64,000 nt of DNA from Candidatus Taylorbacteria bacterium RIFCSPHIGHO2_12_FULL_45_16 (GCA_001821055.1 MHRT01000004.1:5548-69547), one strand, 5' to 3'; shown: positions 10,044 to 17,136, counted from the stretch's first letter. The notes: a model not told the origin generated them from the letters alone. Program-made: numbers and translations.

Positions 10044-10703
10044 TTATTCAGCCTTCGCCAAAATTTCCCTCACCTCCTTCTCATCAGTAGACCACTTTTC
10101 ACCATCAAACCACTCCAGTCCGGTGAATTGCATTTTGTAGGTGTCGTTGGGACGCTGGAGCGAGCCGAGGTAGATATACTTCAACCCTTTTCCTTTGGCA
10201 TACAAAATTGTCTTCGTCATCATGCCGAGACCCATGTCTCTGGAGGATTTTTCCATATCATAAAAGGGATACGAGTAATGCATGATTTCGGAATTCAAAT
10301 AGCAGATGGTGTAGCCGATGAGGCCGTGGGCGTCGGAAAAAATAAGTAGGGAATTGTAGTTGCTTTTTTCTGGACTGGTAATCATTTCCTTTATTTTGAA
10401 GGCGCTCATGACCCCAGGGCCAAATTTTTTTTCATAGAAATATTGAGCGAGCCTGCCCAGAGACCAATGGTATTCGTCGTAGGGCAAGACTATTTCCTGA
10501 AGGGCAACGTTATCAACCTTCCTCAAGATGCGGCGGTTTTCGCTGGATAGTTCGAATTTGGCCAGGTCGATGCGGACGGATCGCGTCTGGTGCATCACAC
10601 CTTTGCCGGTACGAGTAAAGACGAAGCCGTTGCTATAAAGCTCTGAAATGTTTTTTTCAGAAAAGTCAGTAATGGTTTTTTCTTGCCAGTGGAGGTAATT
10701 CAT
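10044..10703 (-). CDS. ATE1/Bpt-like aminoacyl-tRNA--protein transferase (GNAT fold)
   Basis: SVRIDL..F..S.ENRRILRK (ATE_N-like) and YPFYD....MG...IYLG......YK.QF...E.FDG..W (ATE_C-like). Confidence 0.75.
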   Translation of the reverse strand: MNYLHWQEKTITDFSEKNISELYSNGFVFTRTGKGVMHQTRSVRIDLAKFELSSENRRILRKVDNVALQEIVLPYDEYHWSLGRLAQYFYEKKFGPGVMSAFKIKEMITSPEKSNYNSLLIFSDAHGLIGYTICYLNSEIMHYSYPFYDMEKSSRDMGLGMMTKTILYAKGKGLKYIYLGSLQRPNDTYKMQFTGLEWFDGEKWSTDEKEVREILAKAE

Positions 10704-10714
10704 GAAGAAATAGT

Positions 10715-10776
10715 AAATGATCAATAATGCAATGATCAACTCAGTTTTGTATTGATCATTGCATTATTGATCATTT
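10715..10776. repeat. Perfect 25-bp inverted repeat with 12-nt loop
   Basis: AAATGATCAATAATGCAATGATCAA 10715-10739 / TTGATCATTGCATTATTGATCATTT 10752-10776. Confidence 0.95.
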
Positions 10777-10778
10777 TT

Positions 10779-11909
10779 TTAATGCAATGCCAACCAAAAA
10801 CCGAAGACCACGAAGATAAAGTGTACTACCCAAAATCTCATGACCGTCTTTTCCTCGGTCCAGCCTTTGAGTTCAAAGTGATGATGAATGGGCGCCATTT
10901 TGAAGACTTTGCGGCCGAGGATATAGCGGGAAGCTACCTGAATGATGACGGAGAGGGCTTCGACGTAGAACATGAAGCCGAGAAAAATTAGAGGGATAAG
11001 TTCGCCGATGGCCAGGGCATTTACAGCTAGAAGCGCACCTAAACCCAGACTTCCCACGTCGCCCATCATGAAGCGGGCCGGTTTTATATTGAAATAGGTA
11101 TAGGCCACGAGTGCTCCAGCTACCGTGGCGTTCAGGATGGCCAGTTCACCGAAGCCGTTGATCCAAGAGAGGATACTTAGAGCCATAAAAGTGGTCAAGG
11201 CCATGCCACCAGCCAAACCATCCATGCCATCGGCGATATTGACGGCGTTGGCCGTGAACATGACGATGAAAATAATCACTGGAATAATAATCCAACCGAG
11301 ATCAAAACCGTTGGTCAGAAAAGGGATATAAATATAGTGCCAAGCCGGTCCGAGTTTGGTAAAAATCCACCAGGCGGCGACGGCTCCGGCGATGAATTGC
11401 AGGATTAATTTTTCATGGACGAATACGCCTTTGCTGGTGCGTGAACCAAACCAGACTGACATGCGCTTGAAGGCGCTCCAAGGCAGAGTGATGGCGTACC
11501 AAAGGCGCATAGTCCAATCCTTGTGGATGCGGATGAGGTTCATGATATGGCCTAGTTTTCGCGAACGACGCTCACTGCCGTAGATATTCATGAGATCGTC
11601 GATGGCGCCCAAGGCGGCTGAAATGATCATGACGCCGATGGGAACATAGGTGAATGAACGATTCCAGTTGAAGAAGTAGGTAATGAGGGCGACGGTTATA
11701 ACGACGATGAGTCCGCCCATGACTGGAGTGGTGGATTTGTAGGCGTGTGAGCCGAGTCTGGAGAGTTCGGTTTTGGGACCTTTGATGATGTGGAAATAAT
11801 AAAGAAATCGTATTAGAAATGGGGCAAAAACATAGGCGACAATAGCGCCGGCGAGGGCGAAACTGATGATGTAGGAAAGGTCGGCGGTGCCTTCGAGGAT
11901 GCTTATCAT
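10779..11909 (-). CDS. mraY: Phospho-N-acetylmuramoyl-pentapeptide transferase
   Basis: TPVMGG, GAIDD, NAVNIADGMDGLA, MGDVGS, FKMAPIHHHFELKGW. Confidence 0.95.
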   Translation of the reverse strand: MISILEGTADLSYIISFALAGAIVAYVFAPFLIRFLYYFHIIKGPKTELSRLGSHAYKSTTPVMGGLIVVITVALITYFFNWNRSFTYVPIGVMIISAALGAIDDLMNIYGSERRSRKLGHIMNLIRIHKDWTMRLWYAITLPWSAFKRMSVWFGSRTSKGVFVHEKLILQFIAGAVAAWWIFTKLGPAWHYIYIPFLTNGFDLGWIIIPVIIFIVMFTANAVNIADGMDGLAGGMALTTFMALSILSWINGFGELAILNATVAGALVAYTYFNIKPARFMMGDVGSLGLGALLAVNALAIGELIPLIFLGFMFYVEALSVIIQVASRYILGRKVFKMAPIHHHFELKGWTEEKTVMRFWVVHFIFVVFGFWLALH

Positions 11910-12017
11910 AGTAGTAAAAATAGCACAAAATAACATCTTCAGCAAAACTTTATCACTTCTTCAGTGAATCTTTATTACTATTTGATATAGTTTCTAAACG
12001 GAAGATTTTCTTCCGAT

Positions 12018-12088
12018 GGCCCCGTGAAATGGTTTTCAGTCCTCACCTCATCAATGAGGGTTTGTGGGTTCGATTCCCGCCGGGGCTA
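12018..12088 (+). tRNA. Non-canonical tRNA-like element (CAT centred in an expanded anticodon loop); possibly a pseudo-tRNA
   Basis: Acceptor GGCCCCG/CGGGGCT+A, T-arm GTGGG-TTCGATT-CCCGC, anticodon stem CCTCA/TGAGG with 9-nt loop CCTCATCAA, short D-arm GAAA-TGGT-TTTC. Confidence 0.55.
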
Positions 12089-12120
12089 TAAGTGATTAAG
12101 TATTTCAAAAAAGGGGGAGG

Positions 12121-12148
12121 TTGACAATGAATTGATTTTTGCTATACT
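12121..12148 (+). promoter_or_regulatory. Sigma70-type promoter
   Basis: TTGACA, 16-nt spacer, TATACT with extended TG. Confidence 0.65.
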
Positions 12149-12197
12149 TGTCGTATTGATGAGGTGGGGGAGAATTAAGACCAGATTAAATACCCTA

Positions 12198-12231
12198 CAA
12201 AAATCCGCTGTTATAGCGGATTTTTGTTTTA
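12198..12231. terminator. Bidirectional intrinsic terminator
   Basis: CAAAAATCCGCT-GTTAT-AGCGGATTTTTG 12-bp stem with A/T tracts, abutting the stop of the minus-strand gene. Confidence 0.75.
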
Positions 12232-13020
12232 TTTCAGCCATCTTAGCCGTCGAATCTCGGTTTTCGACTTTTGTGCACGCCCAAAAATTCTATTTGCGTT
12301 GCCTTGTCTACCGTTCTCGGTCCACAACTGTTCGGTGATTTGTTTGCTCACGTCGGTTATCTCGATGATGCCTTGTTTGATGCCAGTGCCGTAGATGCCG
12401 TCTTCGGGATAGGCGACGGCGTGGGAGTAATGGAGTCTGTAAGGGATGAAGTTCTGGTATTCGACTTGGTGAATGACGAGGATGTGGTCTCGGTCATTTG
12501 GGAGAATTTGGATGTCGCCATCTCCAAGCATGGTAATAATGTCGCCAGGCGTGATTTCCTTTATTGATATGACGCGACTATTCTTGTCATGTGCCAAGGT
12601 CGAGACATCGCAATTCTCGATAGGACGCAGAGAGCAACGGAGCTTGCCGATGAGTCCATGGCAATTGACGAATATGGTGTGTTTGTCGAGACTGCCCTTG
12701 CCGAGCTCTTGACTTTCGGCATTGAGGACATAATAGGCGAAGGCGGAACAATCAATCCCAAGGTTGTTATCAGTCAGTAGTTTCTGCAACGATTCGGACG
12801 TAACTGAATCAATAGTCGCATGTACTTTTACGAGTAGTGCTTCCGTTTCCTCGAATATTTCTTTCGGACCGCCTTTGCCACCATTTACCGCCAGCGCGGC
12901 GCGGATTTTGACGGTCTTGTTATTGAAATAGGGGACCGAGCAGACAGCGGTACCCACTTTGAAATTGAGGTACTGGTCGACGACTGATATGGCGCGGTTT
13001 GTGAGAGTTTTGGTGTTCAT
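12229..13020 (-). CDS. NlpC/P60-like cysteine hydrolase domain protein
   Basis: GIDCSAFAYYVL, PGDII and DHILVI give the Cys/His arrangement; ATG 13020 preferred over the upstream extension. Confidence 0.65.
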   Translation of the reverse strand: MNTKTLTNRAISVVDQYLNFKVGTAVCSVPYFNNKTVKIRAALAVNGGKGGPKEIFEETEALLVKVHATIDSVTSESLQKLLTDNNLGIDCSAFAYYVLNAESQELGKGSLDKHTIFVNCHGLIGKLRCSLRPIENCDVSTLAHDKNSRVISIKEITPGDIITMLGDGDIQILPNDRDHILVIHQVEYQNFIPYRLHYSHAVAYPEDGIYGTGIKQGIIEITDVSKQITEQLWTENGRQGNANRIFGRAQKSKTEIRRLRWLK

Positions 13021-13132
13021 GGATGAGGAATTGATTGTGAATTTAGAATGGGAAGGAATATAATCAGACTTGCCAAGTTGAATAAATGAATATGCCCTTA
13101 AATATAGCTCAAAATATGGAGTTTGATGAGAG

Positions 13133-13161
13133 TTGACAGGATAGTGTTTTGGGTGTATAAC
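13133..13161 (+). promoter_or_regulatory. Promoter of the DGR target gene
   Basis: TTGACA, 17-nt spacer, TATAAC. Confidence 0.6.
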
Positions 13162-13329
13162 TGTGGGCAGAAAATTAGGGTCAAGAACCTTGATATGTTG
13201 TTGGTTTCGGGACCGCATCCGTGGATATTCCGTGGCTGTGTTTCCGTGACCAATGACCAATCGATAAGGCGTATCAGGCTCTTTGATAGAGGTGATATTG
13301 CTACGACCAATCTTGACACGGAATCAACT

Positions 13330-14010
13330 ATGAGAAATCCAACATTAGCACAGACGGGCGGTTTGGCCGGAAGTATTGGCGACGATCTTCGTCAGATTCA
13401 AGACCAGCTTGACGGCGAAAGAATCCAGCTGGCACTGAATAATCCGGATCACCCGTTTCGGCAAGGAGTCGTAACACTTGCACTTGCACAGTTTTTCGCC
13501 GTCACATGGACCGAGAAAGGTAGTATCATCCACGTCACCTTCATCTCCAATGGTTGGAGTGGTCCCGAGTGGAAAGAGCACTTCAAAAAGAAAGGCGTCC
13601 AGTTGTCGCCTAACGCGTTGGAAATCTTGGACTCCACGGAGTTCAAAGCTTCAAAGGCAGGAACTGTCCGGCAAGTTGCTCTCCTCAAGGGTGAACTGTT
13701 CAACGAGTCGGATCGTATTACCAGCAAAATTCGCGCCAAGGCTGCCGAACTCAAGTTGAAGACTTTGGACATGGAAGTTATTTGCCTCATCCGTGACACA
13801 TTCTCCAACGCGGAGATCAACAAAATGGGGTTTTTGTGGATCGTCGGCATGCATGACTCTGTCGAAATTGGCGGCGATTTGAGCCTTCTCACGGCGGTTG
13901 CCTACGGCGTTGTTCCGGGGCTCGAGGCGCTCTACGACCGTCCCGACTTCAGGTGGTATCGTGAGGGTGGCTTTGCCTTCGCTGTCCAGCAAGTAGAACT
14001 CAAGGCTTAG
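13330..14010 (+). CDS. DGR target (variable) protein, putative CLec-like C-terminal domain
   Basis: 3' end carries the VR matching the TR; ends ...RWYREGGFAFAVQQVELKA; ATG 13330 preferred because the longer ORF start overlaps its promoter. Confidence 0.88.
   Translation: MRNPTLAQTGGLAGSIGDDLRQIQDQLDGERIQLALNNPDHPFRQGVVTLALAQFFAVTWTEKGSIIHVTFISNGWSGPEWKEHFKKKGVQLSPNALEILDSTEFKASKAGTVRQVALLKGELFNESDRITSKIRAKAAELKLKTLDMEVICLIRDTFSNAEINKMGFLWIVGMHDSVEIGGDLSLLTAVAYGVVPGLEALYDRPDFRWYREGGFAFAVQQVELKA
13867..13992 (+). repeat. DGR variable repeat (VR)
   Basis: 126 nt colinear with 14984-15109; 18 mismatches, all opposite TR adenines. Confidence 0.97.
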
Positions 14011-14049
14011 TGTCTAGGCACTCTCAAGCCCTAAACACTTTGCCCTTTC

Positions 14050-14077
14050 GCCCCTCACCTGCACGCAGGTGAGGGGC
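14050..14077 (+). other. GC-rich hairpin/cruciform downstream of VR (DGR target-recognition hairpin and/or terminator)
   Basis: GCCCCTCACCTGC-AC-GCAGGTGAGGGGC perfect 13-bp inverted repeat 40 nt after the target stop codon. Confidence 0.75.
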
Positions 14078-14087
14078 TGATTATTAT

Positions 14088-14715
14088 CCGTAAAAACCCC
14101 CACCTTTAGGTGGGGTGTACGTCTGAAGGCGAAGCCGTATGCTAAAGCCGTCCGGCAGGACGGCTCTTAGCAATTAATCATACGCCTATGTCACAACACA
14201 AACGTACGATACGCACATTATCACATTGTTTCTACGATATTAAGTACCACCTAGTCTGGACTCCCAAATACCGTGGCAAGGTATTGGGAGCCGACAAGGT
14301 AAAGAGTGAACTGCGACGGATCTTCGAAACCATCACCAAGTGGAAGCACTGGGAGATCATCGAACTCAACATCCAGGAAGACCACATACACCTGTGCCTC
14401 CTTGCGACACCGAGAGATTCAGTCTCTTACATCATGCAAATTCTGAAAGGGAAATCCTCCGCCTGGATGAAGAAGAAGATTAAGCGTACCCACGGACTCT
14501 ATGAAAAAGAAAGTCTCTGGGCACGAGGATATTTCGTCTCGACAATCGGCCTAGATGAGCACCTCATCCGCCGGTATGTTAAGCACCAATCCCACCACAA
14601 TGAAGTAGACCAACCATCACTGTTTGCCAAGCTGTTACCTAAGTAAACCACAGTCGCCCTGCCGGCACAGCCGGCAAACACAAAGCCACCAGACCTAAGT
14701 CTGGTGGTTGGTTAC
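14088..14715 (+). mobile_element. IS200/IS605-family insertion sequence (tnpA only)
   Basis: Left hairpin CCCCACCT-TT-AGGTGGGG (14098-14115) after TTAT; right hairpin CCACCAGAC-CTAA-GTCTGGTGG (14686-14707) preceded by AAAG and followed by TTAC (14712-14715); ends approximate. Confidence 0.8.
14188..14646 (+). CDS. tnpA: IS200-type Y1 (HUH) transposase
   Basis: YHLVWTPKYR, EDHIH (HUH), LKGKSS, LWARGYFVSTIG, IRRYVKHQ. Confidence 0.97.
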   Translation: MSQHKRTIRTLSHCFYDIKYHLVWTPKYRGKVLGADKVKSELRRIFETITKWKHWEIIELNIQEDHIHLCLLATPRDSVSYIMQILKGKSSAWMKKKIKRTHGLYEKESLWARGYFVSTIGLDEHLIRRYVKHQSHHNEVDQPSLFAKLLPK

Positions 14716-14725
14716 TGCATGAAAA

Positions 14726-14734
14726 TGGTACAAT
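14726..14734 (+). promoter_or_regulatory. Extended -10 promoter for the TR-containing RNA
   Basis: TGGTACAAT about 250 nt upstream of TR with no plausible gene downstream on this strand before RT. Confidence 0.55.
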
Positions 14735-14740
14735 TGTGTC

Positions 14741-15150
14741 GGTAGTAGGTGAATATGTACGTGACCACAGGTCACGTACCACCGAATCCAGTATCCATGC
14801 ATCGAGAATGTTCTGGATCATGATCTAGGGCAGAGTGGTGCGTGAACTCTAAAAAATGGAGATACTTGGTATAGGGTGTTAGAGCATTAGTTTGGCAGGT
14901 TATCCTACCGAATGATATGACGAAAACAAAGGTGAGCCCCGAGAGTATTCAAGGGGTAGTCGCATGGATGACATTCTATACACATTGACGGCGATTTGAA
15001 CCTTCTCACGGCGAATGCCAACGACGATGTTCCGAGGCTCGAGACGAACTACGACAATCCCGACAACAGGTGGAATCGTGAGAATGGCTTTGCCTTCGCT
15101 GTCCAGCAAATCCTTTCATTTCTCCCCGACTTTAGTAGTCGGGGAGTTTT
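14741..15150 (+). ncRNA. Predicted DGR template RNA (structured leader + TR + 3' hairpin)
   Basis: Hairpin 14757-14779, long-range stem 14869-14880/14970-14981, TR, then hairpin 15122-15146 with T tract. Confidence 0.5.
14984..15109 (+). repeat. DGR template repeat (TR)
   Basis: 8 AAY codons in the VR frame, 33 adenines, adenines avoid third codon positions except the final CAA. Confidence 0.97.
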
Positions 15151-15460
15151 GTTTCTCCTGAAGATATTTTTCATTTTGACCATACCATCCACCGAGCATT
15201 TTTCCGATGTCATTTGACGGTTCAGATATCATCAGATATTTTTTGTTATCTATCGAACCTATTTCCCAGGCGACTTGCATGAGAATTTTCATCGTCTCGA
15301 GTTTGCTGATGGCCTGTCTAATCCACGGACTCTTCTTGTCTTTTGGCAGAAATGCCGCCGTAGAGACTGACTCGATGGTGTCTATAAATAGCAGATCTAT
15401 CCTAACACCCAAAGAATATTTAGATGTTTTCGGGAATAATTTTATAACATCCTGCCACAA
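15116..15460 (-). CDS. avd: DGR accessory variability determinant (Avd-like four-helix bundle); true start probably further upstream
   Basis: FPKTSKYSLGVRID ... KLETMKILMQVAWEIGSI..KKY ... IGKMLGGW pattern; located between TR and RT. Confidence 0.88.
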   Translation of the reverse strand: MWQDVIKLFPKTSKYSLGVRIDLLFIDTIESVSTAAFLPKDKKSPWIRQAISKLETMKILMQVAWEIGSIDNKKYLMISEPSNDIGKMLGGWYGQNEKYLQEKQNSPTTKVGEK

Positions 15461-15520
15461 TTTGTAGGCACCAATGGCCTTTGATAGAGCGGGAATTACT
15501 TTCGGTTGTTGAAATCCGTT

Positions 15521-15530
15521 GGGGGGGGGG
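15521..15530. repeat. G10 homopolymer at the divergent avd/RT junction
   Basis: Ten consecutive G. Confidence 0.9.
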
Positions 15531-15537
15531 TAGACTT

Positions 15538-16551
15538 ATGAGTATGCGACGAATCCAATGTAATCACACCTACGAGGATATCATATCTATGGAAAATCTG
15601 CTTGAAGCGTGGAAGGAGTTTGTATGCGGAAAAAGAAAGCGGAGTGACATGCAGGAATTTCAACTTAAACTTTTTGAGAATATCCACAGACTTCACTCTG
15701 ACTTAAAGGACAAGTCTTACAAACACGGCTGTTATACGCCTTTCAAAATCAACGACCCAAAGCCTCGTGATATTCACAAAGCCCTCGTGCGAGATCGGCT
15801 TCTTCATCATGCACTGTATCGGAAGTTGTATCCATTTTTTGACCGAACATTTATTTCGGATTCATATTCATGTCGGAATGACAAGGGGACGCATAGAGCC
15901 TTGGACAGGTTTGGCGATTTCGCCTATCGAGCTTCGTGGGGACATACAAAAACGGTCTGGGTTTTGAAATGCGACGTCAAGAAATTTTTCGCTTCCGTAG
16001 ATTATGAAGTTTTGTTTGGAATTCTCGAGAAATATATTCCGGATAAAGATGTTATGTGGTTGATCCGGGAAATCGTCGGTAGTTTTCATTCGACGAAAGA
16101 AGGTGTCGGATTGCCTCTGGGGAATCTAACCTCGCAATTATTTGTGAACATCTACATGAATGAGTTTGATCAGTTTGTGAAGCATAGATTAAAAGAGAAG
16201 TGGTATATTCGATATGCTGATGATTTTGTGATTCTTAACCAAGATAGAAAATGGCTTGGACATGCCCTTGCGGAAACCCATCGTTTTTTGGAGCAGAAAT
16301 TACATCTTACTCTTCATCCAAATAAAATAAGCATTAGAACTTTCGCTGGAGGAGTTGATTTTTTGGGTTGGGTTCATTTTCCTACACACCGTGTGCTACG
16401 GACGGCGACTAAAAGGAGGATGTGGAGGAATGTTGAGGTGAAGAAGATGTTGAATAACGCGGACACATTACAGTCGTCAATTCAGTCGTATATGGGGATG
16501 TTGAGTCACGGAGATGCGTATAAATTGCAGGCTGTGATAAGAATGGATTGA
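15538..16551 (+). CDS. DGR-class reverse transcriptase
   Basis: KPRDI, RDRLLHHA, SYSCR..KGTH, KCDVKKFFASVD, GLPLGNLTSQLFVNIY, YIRYADD, GVDFLG; no maturase or endonuclease domain. Confidence 0.96.
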   Translation: MSMRRIQCNHTYEDIISMENLLEAWKEFVCGKRKRSDMQEFQLKLFENIHRLHSDLKDKSYKHGCYTPFKINDPKPRDIHKALVRDRLLHHALYRKLYPFFDRTFISDSYSCRNDKGTHRALDRFGDFAYRASWGHTKTVWVLKCDVKKFFASVDYEVLFGILEKYIPDKDVMWLIREIVGSFHSTKEGVGLPLGNLTSQLFVNIYMNEFDQFVKHRLKEKWYIRYADDFVILNQDRKWLGHALAETHRFLEQKLHLTLHPNKISIRTFAGGVDFLGWVHFPTHRVLRTATKRRMWRNVEVKKMLNNADTLQSSIQSYMGMLSHGDAYKLQAVIRMD

Positions 16552-16586
16552 ACGATCTAAGACACTGTGCTAGGATAAAATCATCT

Positions 16587-16889
16587 ATGAATACCACTCA
16601 CAAAGGTTCAATTCGATGCATTATTTTCAAGGATGGCGCTACTTGGTATGGTGTTGCGCTTGAGTTTAATATTGTGGAATCAGCCGACGATGCCGACGTA
16701 GTAAGATTTAATCTAGATGAAGCCATTCAGGGCTATGTGGAATCCCAGAAAAAACTCAAAGGTACGCGTGTCTCACCTCTCAATCAAAAACCAATGAAAG
16801 AGTATGCTGATTTGTGGAATAATCTGGTGACGGATAAAGCTATTCCGAGCCCATATAAAGTCAAATCTTTCGGTTTTACTAAAGTCTAA
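16587..16889 (+). CDS. HicB-like antitoxin (N-terminal domain only)
   Basis: IIFKDGATWYGVALEFNIVESADD...NLDEAIQGY resembles the HicB partial RNase H fold; adjacent to HicA. Confidence 0.6.
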   Translation: MNTTHKGSIRCIIFKDGATWYGVALEFNIVESADDADVVRFNLDEAIQGYVESQKKLKGTRVSPLNQKPMKEYADLWNNLVTDKAIPSPYKVKSFGFTKV

Positions 16890-16899
16890 GTTAAAAGCT

Positions 16900-17130
16900 A
16901 TGCCGAAAGGAGCATTCAACTGGACGTTCAATGATGTCGTGGCCGTGCTCAAAGAAAATGGTTTTCATTTGAATCATATCAAAGGAAGTCACTATTTTTA
17001 TGTTGGTTACATTGACGGCAAGGCTCGACAGGTCTGTGTCGCCAAACATGGCAAAATCTCATTCAAACCAAGAACTTTCAAGGGAATGATGGAGCAATCT
17101 GGGCTTTCCAGAGATAAGTGGGGATTATAA
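16900..17130 (+). CDS. hicA: HicA-family mRNA interferase toxin
   Basis: VVAVLKENGF...HIKGSHYFY ... V.KH ... TFKGMMEQSGL. Confidence 0.85.
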   Translation: MPKGAFNWTFNDVVAVLKENGFHLNHIKGSHYFYVGYIDGKARQVCVAKHGKISFKPRTFKGMMEQSGLSRDKWGL

Positions 17131-17136
17131 AAATAT

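Noticed and set aside
12018-12088. Selenocysteine or UGA-suppressor tRNA (TCA occurs in the loop)
   Set aside because: No long variable arm, TCA is off-centre in the loop, and TGA serves as a normal stop in many genes here
13123-13329. Long N-terminal extensions of the target ORF and of the opposite 12229-13260 ORF
   Set aside because: They overlap each other and a consensus promoter; ATG 13330 and ATG 13020 are more plausible starts
14962-14983. Possible upstream extension of TR/VR similarity (GCATGGATGACATTCT vs GCATGCATGACTCT)
   Set aside because: Needs a gap and non-adenine mismatches, so it was left outside the repeat boundaries
14996-15217. 73-aa ORF resembling the target C-terminus
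   Set aside because: It is the TR read in frame (Asn-rich from AAY codons) and overlaps avd antisense; not a gene
15538-16551. RT as a group II intron or retron
   Set aside because: No maturase/endonuclease domain; the TR/VR pair and Avd identify a DGR
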